A stretch of DNA of 64,000 nt from Botryllus schlosseri (Eukaryota): positions 36,086,001 through 36,150,000 of the forward strand of contig CM119372.1 in assembly GCA_051294905.1 (NCBI GenBank), in the 5' to 3' direction. This document shows, piece after piece, positions 25,664 to 37,589 of the stretch. Position numbers and translations under genes: made by a program. The notes under the pieces are model-generated. The model was not told where the DNA came from. It was given only the letters and a program-made list of their open reading frames with translations, and did no database searches. The number at the start of each line of letters is the position of its first letter. Within the stretch, counting starts at the first letter, position 1.

Positions 25664-28600
25664 GTTCTGGAGATAGTGAAAGTAGGATCAATGTTGCGAT
25701 GCTATTCAGTAACGACCTCACTATATATACTTTATAGTTTTATACGAATTACGTATCGGTACATATGTACATGGTACAGGAGACTGAATATTTAACAGGC
25801 ACAAATATTTTTGTTAAATAAACAGCAGCTTCAATTATGGACATAACAAATCTGATAAGCAATATCATCGAATTTACTGATAAAGTCATTGTAGAAATGA
25901 TGCGGTCCACTAGCCCTAGGTCGCTTTCTGCACGCCAGTTATCGCATCGTACCTGTCTGTCTAATCGTAGTGCTTACCTCATATATATACAATCCTATAT
26001 GGCACGCGCAGAAGATTATATGCCATAATTAGATCTCTACCATTATTTTGAGAATGGACACAATAGTTAAAAGTAAATATTTCTAGGACTAGAGGGAAAA
26101 TGCCTGACTCGTAAGAGGCTGCAACAGTTATTTTTAAAATACCCAGAATTATATTTATGTTAGTAAACTGGTTAATCTACTTTTTTACGTTTATTCAATA
26201 TGTATATATATATAGAATAAGACCTGACACATCGAGCATAATGTCTGATAGTATTTGATTAAGGGGGTGGTGGTGGCAACGACGTGATGAGAAAATAATC
26301 GGATCCCGTTCGTCTTGAGTTTCGCTGTTATCTTTGCACATATGTTAAATAATAGCACTACCAGAACATCATTCACGATCCCCATTATTATCATGTTTTT
26401 TTCAGAGCTGTTGTATTCTGATAATATACATAGGTATGGATCACGTATACATGAGTCTCAAACATGATGCGCGTGCTGACTATCAGGATACATAGCCCAA
26501 GTGTTGTTGATTTTTCATTCCTCATAAGAACAAGACAGGGTGTCCTAATTAGGAGATTGAGGATTCTGTGGTCCTTCTAGATTCGATATGGAAACATGTG
26601 AATAGAACAATTCGGGCACTTAATCTTCGCGATATATGGGTGTTGTCGAGATTAGACAATCGCAGACTATTACTATACCAGCTATATTGGTCTTCACGGC
26701 GTCGAGGAGACGACGAAGTAAGTCATTAGCAATCTGTTTTTGGACACCCAACGACCTTTTCTAACGTTCGTGTCAATTCACTATTTAGTTAGTACATTAT
26801 ATGGCGTCATCGGTAGGACCCGAATCCAATCTTACAAGAATGTAAGGGAAATGGCGCGCCAAGTATCGTAAAGAATAATGACGCTAGAAGAACACCAACG
26901 GTAAAGGAGAAACTCCTTGAACGCTAGTTTTCCGGACCAATACCTGACATGTCCATCTCGCCTTCCGACACATGACGCATGCCGTCCTTTTATATTATCT
27001 TCTTTTACTTTTCATTCAGTGTGCATGCCTACTTTTCTACATCGGCTAGGCCTGGTGGGTATCTGATTTCGAAGATTACTCCAAGTCGTTTCGACACCTT
27101 CCTATCTTTCATGCATCGAAATCTTGTGGTGTATTGAAACGAGTTACTTTTGCAGAAGCGCAATAATCAAAAGGAAAATCAAGTGACGTTGTTGGGGATA
27201 AACACAGAGATGTATTTGAGCGTACATTGATTGATCACAAGACTTTATTGCGTCTCTTCTGGAGCAACTTTAGCCGAGAACTTGGGCATGCTGTGAAACC
27301 GCACAGTTGGTATACTCGAACAATCCATCCAGCAGGCGCTAGGCGGTCATTGTAAAAAGACTGTCGGGGTGGGAATGTACATCCTCAGATTCTGCAGCGA
27401 TGATAAGACTGTCGTGTTACCGAACAGCTAACAAGTAGTATCCTACCTTCAAGCATTTATCCACGACACTAAGCCGAAGAGTTGTAAGACATTTTGCAAC
27501 AGATGAGCTACGGCAGAGATAGGAGAAATCAGAGCGAAGAAGTCAGAGAAATCAGAGCTGAGTTCAAAGAAAGCAAACAAGGAGCAGGTGTAAACTTGAC
27601 TTATTTCATGAGGATCTGACGAAGATGAATATAACTCCGAACGTGTAGTGTGGGGGGGGGATGGCAATCGCTTGCGAAAACTGACCTGACAAGTGTATGT
27701 TATTCAAAGTCGTCATGCCGTAAACATGACATAACGCTGAGCTGTAAAAATGTCATCTTTTCCAAAATTTAACTCTAATTTGTCTGGAGAATCGTATCAA
27801 AAGACTTAACAGTCGCCGATCCCGAAAATACGAATGTTGTTACAAAATTTTCAGTTCCATCGCAAAAGACATAATTTGGAGGGTTGAGAAATTTAGCAAC
27901 TTCTACACTTAAAAACGTACTACAGCAGAACCTGTATGAGTATACTCCAACAAAATTTACATCTTTCATCACAACATCCGTTGTAATGAAATATGTATTG
28001 AACTCGGAGACTTTCCGGGTGCCTTTTTTTTCATTTTAGCAATAATTACTATAAAACAATCGCTCGCGATTGTCATTTCCCTCATCTGACACAACATCAC
28101 GATACGGTCAAATGATACTGGTGGGATCAAATCGCATGCAGACCGCATGATTCGTGTCCAACTGTCCGTCAACTTCTACAAATCTTCGACAGTATCTTCT
28201 GTTTCCAGAGAGGCAATCCTTGTACCTACTTATTAAGTTTTTCTGTATATGTCTGTGTTGAGTAAATGGCCTTGCAGTTGACAGCTAGAAGTAAGATTCG
28301 GATTTTAGAATATTGGCCGGGTTCTAATAAGAATATGTATTATTATGAGCCCATGTATTGAAGTCATTGACATAATTTCATCACAGTAAAGTCCATGAGA
28401 ATATGATAGTTTCACTTATGAGAGTGATTCAAACCTCCTGGGATATGTATTTTCATTGACAAATAAAAGAGTGAAAGCAAAGTAACCGAGAAAGTATATC
28501 ATACAATAACCTTCTGAAGCAGTACGCTAGCGTCAATAAATGAAATTGAATATTGCGAGGCAATTTAAATGACCGTAGCAAAGGCTTGTTGCCACCTTGA

Positions 28601-29515
28601 TCTGGAGTCTGAACGAACATTATAGTCCGCTTTTCCCACTGTTACAGTGTATTAGCGGTGTCGTGTTGTAGGTCTTTTCTCCTGACTCGACGAGCAGAGT
28701 GTATTCAGCTGAGCGACAGGTATTCTTAGAAGCAGGGGAGACGTTATGTGAGAAGTCCGCATCCGCCATTCTCTTGTTTCAACTATATCGTGACATTAGT
28801 GACATAGCGCCAGCGTTTGTGTATAACCGGGAATTAGCGAACGGCCGTGACTATTTCACGTATCGATGTATATGCCGCGAACGATGGGGAAAACAAAGTC
28901 ATTTTATTGTTATACTTTCCTGGCAGTGATAGTAGATTATATTACGTGTGTCGTTTCTGGAAGCAGCACGGGAATGGGAGCCGATAACATGGCCATAGAA
29001 CAGCTTCTGCGCTTGACATATTTTGGCTGTATCCTGAACGACTCAACACATGATAACAAACCAATGAGCTTTTCATGATGAATTTACATATCAGCTAGGC
29101 AGACCCATACTCATTGGTACGCGGAATATGACAAATAGTTACAAGAACAATGACTGTAACAAAGAAATCATTAACCGAAAACGCCAGAAATTTGTTTTGC
29201 CGTCAGCACTAGTTGGTATGATATCTAACGCGTGCCGCACTCTTGCTCATTTCCTCTACACTCTCGTTTTTCTTCGTCCCGACTGTCTTTCGTAGCATGC
29301 GTTTGAGAAGAAACACAAAAAGAGAAATAGTCGAGTGAATTGTCTGTGCTTATAGATATAACTCTGCAGCAGTTGTTGTATCATGGGCTTTTCCCACACC
29401 CCAGCTAGTTGCGTCAGCATAACAATCACCAACTTGACACATAGCAGCAACCTAACCACTATATCGTCCTATGTCAGTAGTTTTTAACCTTTAGTAACCC
29501 GCGGAACACTTACGC

Positions 29516-30627
29516 CAGGGGTGGGCAAACTTTTGAGCTCGCGGGCCGCATTCAACATCTGAATCATTTCGCGGGCCGCACTATATAAAATTGGAATCAT
29601 AAACCAAAACGCAATACTGGTATTTAATTATAGTGAGTATACACGGAGATAATATATATGCTTATTTTAAGCAAAGCAGCAAACATTCCTTTGATGAGGA
29701 TGCGTACACGCACCAGAAACAGTGACGAGATTTCATAGGCTGTTCGACCTCAATAACCAATTTGCCAAAACTATAGAGATGAAAGCCGGTTGTCCCGATT
29801 CTTAGAACAGGAATGAAATTTAAATCTGTGAGCAGCGATCTGGTCATAGATTTACTAATTCCAATTTGGGTTCAGTTCAGCAGCTCCAGGACACACAATG
29901 CTGACGCATACTCATACAGAGAACGAATATACCTAAGCCACGCGCGAATCGTTTTTTATAAGCTCTTCACTGAAATAATCAAAACTGGAGTGGCCAATCT
30001 GAAATCACATTTGTGATCCGAATTATGTCTATCTCGTTTAGGATTTTTGTGATGTATAGCAATTGAATCCCCTTTAACTGTGTTTGCCTTGAGATCGAGC
30101 TGTCGCGCCAGAAATTAAGCATAAAATATAATATCGGAAGTATTTTCCTTAGAACAGTGGCTCTCAAACTTTTCAAGATACGCCCCCCCTCCCGTATGAT
30201 GGTATAAGATTTCGCGCGCCCCTTATCGTCATATCATAAAACGCAACCAGGATGCTAGCAATAAACCTAACGGATAGTTTGATGGCAAGGAAAGTTACGA
30301 CTGTGGATGAGAGATATGTAAATAGGAAATTCATACCAATACAGAGCAATAATTATGAACGCGATGCATATCGCGCGGAGCGCGAAAAAGATTTCAGTTG
30401 GTCTCAGCTTCGCACTCCTGTCAGATGCTTTCCCGCCCCCGAGGGGGGCGTCCTCCAGTTTGTGAACCATTGCCTTAGAATTTTCATGGCAAAATATGCC
30501 AAGAAAAAATTTCATCAAGTCTCTGCATTAATTCGATTTTAGTACGCATTTTATGAATATTTTTAAAAGTTTCTTTGGACTCTTGCGGGCCGCATGCGGC
30601 CCGCGGGCCGTAGTTTGCCCACCCCTG
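29516..30627. mobile_element. hAT non-autonomous element
   Basis: TIRs CAGGGGTGGGCAAAC / GTTTGCCCACCCCTG; perfect TSD ACTTACGC; minus-strand transposase tail remnant (RSLLTDLN..VLRIGTT). Confidence 0.9.
30155..30472. mobile_element. hAT MITE (same family as 2187-2477), nested
   Basis: CAGTGGCTCTCAAACT / AGTTTGTGAACCATTG; perfect TSD CCTTAGAA. Confidence 0.88.
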
Positions 30628-31401
30628 ACTTACGCTATTCTGCGAGTCTTCGCGGAACGCCAAATTCGATGAATAAGAGATATAAAAATCTACTAATATA
30701 CGCAGCTAACCAGACATCTAATAGAGTACTGGTGCACAAAAGGAACTATGCATCAATGGAGTGTTAAAAGAACGAAACCATTAAAATATAATTATCAAAC
30801 AAAACGAAACATGTTAATGAATATTTCTTACAAATTAGTGTGACTTCTGCTGCAGTTTCCTCTCAGATACCAGTTCAGAAATAAGAGGACCTTGCAAAGT
30901 GTCATCGTATTGTTCGGTAGAAACGCAACAGCATGATATCAATTGCTTAACTACAAATGAACTTATTTATATTGGACATAGATTTGGCATTTCAGGTTGC
31001 CGGTTTTAGATTTTGGACCAAAACCTTTCCGGCGTACGCCACTGCACACGACGTACCACCGAAACAGTCACCAATTTGAATAGTGTTAGTGCCTAATTGC
31101 CTGCAAAAAAATGATGGCCAAGACGAGCGTATCGACATAAATCATATGTACGAGTTGCTTGTGTGTGTTAACCCCACGGAACCCTTAACACTGTGATCCG
31201 TGAAACACCAGTTACAAACCATTGGTCTATGTGCATAAACGCTGGTCATAAATCATCATTCCAGGTGAACTGACCAAGTCAGTGAAATATTTCTGGAGTT
31301 GAAGGTAGCACATAAGCCTACGCATATATTTGATGCGGAAATATTCGTCGTGTACTGAGTGTTTCCACTTTTAAGCCTCACAACCAGAACCCGACCGATT
31401 A

Positions 31402-32789
31402 CACTGGTCAACACATATTTTTAGGCAGACAATATAGGAGTGGTTTTGGGGGTTCTGAAGGGCACTGATTCCGAATATGACATTGGTTTTTTCAAATTGG
31501 CTCTTGTTGTGGATATAACCCATGGGGCTATTTTGACCAAAATCTCCCATTTTCGTGGTAATGAGTAGACATAAAATCGGCTCAGCCGTTCCATAAAGTT
31601 TATAAATTCAATCTACTTGGTATTTTTACACACAGAAGACTCTTTTAAATCAAAATAAAGCAACAGCACTATATTTAGGGGTAACAGATTTATCATAGCT
31701 ACAGAATTTCACGGATATCATGTACATGAATAAACTCTAGTCATGTATATAAGTATTTACCTAGATACTCAAATAACGTGGCATTAATTCAATCAATTTT
31801 ACGTCAACCTCCCATTGTAAATTTGAAATAATCTGTTGGAACATAACATTATTAATTTATTTTTGAGCACAATTTTTTTGTACGATATTCGCCTGTAAGC
31901 TATTTAGTGCAGTTTCTCGAAAGGTTCCGGCAATGGTCTGCCATATTATGTTCAATTGTTCATCTCATCTGCCCTGATATCTTTTTTGTTGTTGTTCTGA
32001 TGTCTTGGTAGAACCTCTTCCTTTGCTAATCAACAGCAGGATCAGGACAGGAAATATATCAAGATGACTGAACAGGAAGTGAACTTTTATGCTAAAGTTT
32101 GTGCTCAAGTTTTCGATATGCAGATAAGAATTTTCGGACCAATTGTTTGTAGTTGGGTGCTTTGTAATCATCTAGGAAGTTTAATTTACTACATCTCAGG
32201 AGAAATTACATGCAGTGAACTCATTCCTAATGTGAAATTGGAATCTTTCATCGGTATTCGAATATACCAGATACCAGATTTAAGCTTCTCGTTTGATAGG
32301 GTTACTAGGTATACGCACTTTGTTGACTCAGCGGAAAATTATCCATTTACCAGCCAAAAGAATGAGCCGCATACGGGTATTGTAGTTAAGCTTTTCTAGG
32401 CAAATTTAATCTTGGTAGAAGGACGAATTGGTACAGGAGAATATGTATTTCTGTTGTGCAAAAGTACAATTTTTAGGCTTGACAAACTGCTTTTTTGACA
32501 AACAAATATTTTGCATCATGTCATGTTAATATTGATACAATCACTGAGAATGACATGAGGGTTCTTCATAGTCAATTATCTATTCATGCACAGTATCAAA
32601 TTAACTGAAATATTGAAGGGTAAATACTGTAATTTTGGGCTTTTTTAGGGGTCTAAATATCTTCTGACAAAGAGACAATCCGACCACACTAATGTGATAT
32701 TCGTAATCAGCAACCTCAAAAACACCAGAATCAGATCTTAGATGTTCTACCTAAAAATTGTTTTCATTTTGTTGTTTTGTTGACCAGTG
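31402..32789 (-). mobile_element. Chapaev3-like internally deleted DNA transposon
   Basis: TIRs CACTGGTCAACA / TGTTGACCAGTG, 3-bp TSD TTA; minus-strand remnant SIKVHFLFSHLDIFP...KRYQGR. Confidence 0.8.
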
Positions 32790-33269
32790 TTATTATCGGC
32801 TCACCGATGATATCGAGTGGATATTGCAATTTGAAAGAATTATCGACCAGAGAAAAAATATGACATAAACATGATGGTAGTAAGTCAGAACACTATAATC
32901 CTGGACTGCTAGCCTGGGAATATTGCGACATTTCATATAGCTTACACTTTCAATAAGTCCAGATGCAGCATTTCTAGTTTATTTCATGTTCAATTATGAC
33001 GATGGCTGTAAAGCGGTTCAAATAAATTCTCCGAAGTTTTGAAAATGTTCCTTTTGAGGCAGATTCCACCTTATTTGAATATCGGCTGAATGTATCGGTG
33101 TTATCGATGAATGTGTTAGATATCGGTTTTATCGGTATCGGCCCAAAAATCCAATATAGGTCGGGCTCTACCTGAGGACTGTTAATCCGGAGCTGCCGTT
33201 GGCTTGTGAGCTGTGATGAGAGAAGCACATCTTCTTAGCTTACTTTTTTGACGTATTCTATAGTTCTGT

Positions 33270-34025
33270 CATGGTAATCAAGTTGAATTTTCGACTTAAG
33301 AGGCCTGATTCAAAATCATTGGACTTTGCTAGTTGTTTCAAATACATATTCAGTCCCCATTTATTTTGAATCAAGGATCGAATGTGGATTTGAATATAAA
33401 GCCAACACGCAAAATGCGTTGTATTGCCCGCGCATACGTAGAACTGCTAAACTACGCCAGTAACTGTGTAGCCCAGTCTATAATTATCTGCGAAAATGCA
33501 GGATAGAATACGGAACCTCAAAAAGTTTAAAGAAATTGATATGCTGCAATACTATACCCTAGCCACCTACACATCAATATTATAGAATTTAAACCTACTC
33601 TAATTGTTTACGAGTGATATCAACGTATAATAAACGAACGATATTCGATTTAAATCATATAAGAGGGTTGGTTATATGAGCAGTGGGCACTATGAACAGA
33701 GATACATTGTTATAATATTACTTCACTACTAGGTTACGACAGCGTGAGCTGTAAGCGCCGATCACTGCGTTTGTGGTCAATTTATTTGTGGTATGACAAT
33801 GGCAGCTCGGTAAAACGCACAATCATTGAGTGATCAGTTGCTTTCACGTGACACGCCAGTGTATCGTGAACAATCCAAAGTTACACAAGACACTCTGATT
33901 CGTCGACACCAATTACTAGATGATTTGAAATTGACTCAAACATTTTGCTTCGAGTTACGAGTCAATCCACATTTCTGAAACGTCGAGTCAAGTCAGGTCA
34001 CTTTTGCGAAGCGATTCGAGTCAGT
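33270..34025 (-). mobile_element. Partial inverted copy of the GACTT-repeat hAT family (see 43073-44040 and 50800-51724)
   Basis: Reverse complement matches the other copies (GAAATTGACTC...GAGTCAATCCACATTTCTGA..CG.CGAGTCAAGTCA). Boundaries approximate. Confidence 0.7.
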
Positions 34026-34034
34026 AAAGCCGTA

Positions 34035-34973
34035 TTATGGTTGCTGTACAATACCACATTCCGCATCCAACTTTTGTTTCCTTGTCGCGCGAAAGGGTCC
34101 ACATGACGAGACCCACGGCACCAGCCTCAATTTCCAGTCCGTCGGAATCAGACTGACGCAAATCAGATTGAAGGTGACGCTTAAATGAAGTAAGGCGAAT
34201 CTGAGTTGCAGTAAGACAATCTCGTTTAAATATGAAAGCGCCATAGCTGTATGGGTCAGCATGCATGCCGCTGTCAGGGCGATGACTCGTTTCATTACAC
34301 GAGCATATTTACGGTCGGTTTTGATATTCGAGGAGCGATTTCGCTGTAACAGTCTGGCCAGCGGATAGACGAACAAGAGTAATAACGGAAACTGGACGCC
34401 CCAAGGGCACAGCATCAGCAACACGAATATATACAGGGAACTCGACTCCTTATAAGTCGACTGCAAACCGTACACGCAACATACTGCGGATATGATGGCC
34501 GCTGCAACGTATATATATAGATATTTACTGAGGAATCGTGTTACGTTATTCGACAAATGAGCCATGGCCTTTTTACGGTACATAGCTCTCTGTCTTATCC
34601 AGATGACACCGTGCGACACAAGAAGTGTGGCTACACAAAATATAGCCGTAACATGACCAAGTTGATCTTCCAAAACTCTGAATGAGTCGCATCTACTGGT
34701 TGTATTGTTGTTCGGCAGTCCCGAACTATTCCCCATATTAGCCATGGCGTGGCAATTCTTGATGTATACGATAGTTACAATCTCCAACGCCTCCGAAATA
34801 ATGACAAAGGTGCAGCCGGCCGCCAGAAGTGTGCTCTGAATAAAATCGATCGTAATCTTCCAGTTGTAGCGGAGATGTCGGCGAATAAAATAGATCCATT
34901 GCACGGTGCAGAGGTAAAGGGATATTGCGCACAATGCATATTCGAAACGAAGTGCTGTGTCTGGATAGTTCAT
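34035..34973 (-). CDS. Orphan 7TM receptor-like protein, paralog 3 (312 aa)
   Basis: Intact ORF; VQWIYF, HGVIWIRQRAMY, HLSNNVTRFLSK, PWGVQFPLLLLFVYPL, NLICVSLIPTDWKLRLVPW. Confidence 0.9.
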   Translation of the reverse strand: MNYPDTALRFEYALCAISLYLCTVQWIYFIRRHLRYNWKITIDFIQSTLLAAGCTFVIISEALEIVTIVYIKNCHAMANMGNSSGLPNNNTTSRCDSFRVLEDQLGHVTAIFCVATLLVSHGVIWIRQRAMYRKKAMAHLSNNVTRFLSKYLYIYVAAAIISAVCCVYGLQSTYKESSSLYIFVLLMLCPWGVQFPLLLLFVYPLARLLQRNRSSNIKTDRKYARVMKRVIALTAACMLTHTAMALSYLNEIVLLQLRFALLHLSVTFNLICVSLIPTDWKLRLVPWVSSCGPFRATRKQKLDAECGIVQQP

Positions 34974-35810
34974 CGATATTTGTATGTGCGCTATGGTCTG
35001 TGAATAGGACTATATCAAAAGAGACACACTGTGAAATCTACCCTAAAAATACCCGCGGTGGGGCAGGTAACTAGCCCGAGTGCCTGTCCCTATCGTAAAA
35101 TAAACCATTCTAGTACGTCAAGCACAAGTAATTCAAAACGAGGCCTCTGCAAACCTCCCTTCTTCATGATCATCGTCGACACATTTGCCATTTCGTATTC
35201 GCTTTTTAAGATAATACAACCAAGGATAGAGTTACATTCAAGAGTCATACGCGAACTCTGGAACTATGCAAAATATGTACAATACAGTGTATAAGAATGT
35301 CGCTGAGGTATTAACAATGCACAATATCCAAGTCCAAATCAAAAGCCAAAAGCCATAATATTGTCAAATGCGTTAATCCAAGTACAATTTCGATTATAAT
35401 GGCTTACGTTGCTCATGAAGACTCATGAAAAATGCAAAGAACTGTAAATTTGATATCCAAGTCAAAATCCAAATTCACCTTCCAAATAATGGCAAGTCCG
35501 GCCGAAGTCAGTAAATTCGTTTTTTGTCAAATCCAAATCCGAGGCCGTGCAAATTTTCGGAAATCACTGCTGCAGACGGACGATAACAAATTTACCAACG
35601 CAATTTACGATCGCGTCACGTTGCGGCAATAAAACAGTTCTTATTGCTCGTTAACAATGCGTCTGAAGTTTACCAGCTGCCTTAAAAATGTCATTTCAAG
35701 GTGGGTTGTGTTCATGAATCGACCATCTCCGTACATCTCATGGAGACGTCTTTTAGTGCTGCCGTTGTTAGACAAGAATTGCTAATCTCGGCATTCATGA
35801 CAATTGGGAC

Positions 35811-36331
35811 TAGGACTGGGCAAAATCGAGCACCTTGAGTAATTCGATTTTGAATCATGTATTACGCTTTGAGTCGAGTCGAGTATTCGAGTATCACTCA
35901 TTATGACGACACATCAGAATATACCATGTCAAAGATCAAACATGTACCTTTTATGCTACCACAAAGAACATAATGCATGTTATCATGAGTCACATTATAG
36001 ATACATTGGTATTTTTTATCGACCTTACCGATTTCATTGCAGTTCTTGACAATGTTGTGGGATTATCATGACTTCGGAAATGTGTTATTTCCAGCAACGT
36101 TCGTATCTTTGTACTATGTCTCGTATGCTGAGACACGTCCAATCAAGGTTCCAAGGCCTCCTCAGTGGAAAATAGTATCAAAGCTATCATTCTCGTTAGT
36201 AAATTAACTTTCAGTTTCGAGGAGCGTAAAATTTCAGTACTCGAAAAAATCGTATTTTACTACTCGACTCGAATCATTAAAATTTATGCTCGATACAGAT
36301 TCGACTACTCGAATCATTGTGCCCAACCCTA
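35811..36331. mobile_element. hAT-type MITE with TCGA repeats
   Basis: TAGGACTGGGCA / TGCCCAACCCTA imperfect TIRs; repeated ACTCGA/TCGAGT near both ends. Confidence 0.55.
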
Positions 36332-37589
36332 GTCAGGACCATATACTATCATGTTCCGTTATATATATTGAGGTGGTCAATAGCGAAGGACTCCTACTAT
36401 TTCGTTGTACGCTAGTAAATTTCGCATCGCCTACCTGCACTACTTACTTCTGTTTTTTGTTTTTTGATTTTAGAATTTTGATACTTATACCTAGCACTTT
36501 TATTTTTTGAGCAAAGCTGGACATATTATAGTTACGTTAAAATCGCCCTTATACTTTGACATGACGAGTACCAACGATGACTACCCGGACCGTGCGTGTA
36601 TGCATGTGAATCCACATTTGACATATTCGCCTTACCGCCTTCATTTTTGTTCGGCATGGTTAGTGCGGTTTAAAATATCAGCAGAAAAGTCACACGAGCT
36701 ATCATCGCCGCAGTCACCATTGCAACACACCAAACTCTTTGCATCCGATGGTGGCGGATCCGCGTCATGACCTCCTCCGAGCCCAGGAATTCAATCGAAA
36801 TCAGGTTACAAACCACTGTATGGCTAGATTTGAAGCCTAATATTTGATTAGGAATCAAATCTTCAAGGTACTTCATTCCTCCAATGCCCTAATCATAGGC
36901 GGTATACTCGATGTAATCGCTTGCAATTCTCACAACTGTATAATAGGTTATTAGAAATATATGCCTCACAAAACATCTCTACCTATGGAAATAACTTCAT
37001 GATCAACTTCAAGTCTCGGTGCATGAAGAACTTTGAATATACTCTTGTTGCTGTGTTTTCTTCACCCTGTGGCGTCGGTCAACAATTTACCAAACGATGG
37101 CTTCCCGGGAATTCATACAACGCCACGCATTGTATTAGGAAGTTTGGAACATGCAATCAAACGGAACCAAATTAATGGATTGTGTTCTCTATCACGATGA
37201 AGTGTAATCTTCCAACGGTGATAAAACGGTTATAAAATAATTGTACTTGTTACAATGTTTACGATTATGAAAAAGTTGCATTCTAGACCAGTGGTTCTCA
37301 ACCGCGGGTCCGCAACGACGTTTCTGCCGGTCCACCGAAGATACTAAAATTTTATACCTTAATTTCAAGATACAAGACGTTGAATGCTTTTCCATTGATA
37401 AAATACGTAACACATCATATTTTAATCTGATTCAGATCTTTGTGGGGCAACATTTGGCCTAGCAATATGTCTGATTTAAATAGAGCCGTCTCTGGTGACG
37501 ACATGCGAGCGACAAGTAGGAGCTGACTCGAAAAGCCACGCAGTTTGCACAATCATTCGTTTTCGATTCATTCATTTTATTACTGGCAA

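Larger units (their letters stand above)
29475..31224. mobile_element. Outer hAT (Charlie-type) deletion derivative hosting two nested elements
   Basis: CAGTAGTTTTTAAC...GTTACAAACCATTG; flanks TCCTATGT/GTCTATGT; minus-strand PLISELVSERKLQQKSH* near 30836-30890. Confidence 0.55.

Noticed and set aside
28690..29130. GC-richer stretch with RSPHPPFS, faintly like a forkhead domain start
   Set aside because: The rest of the domain is absent and all frames contain stops.
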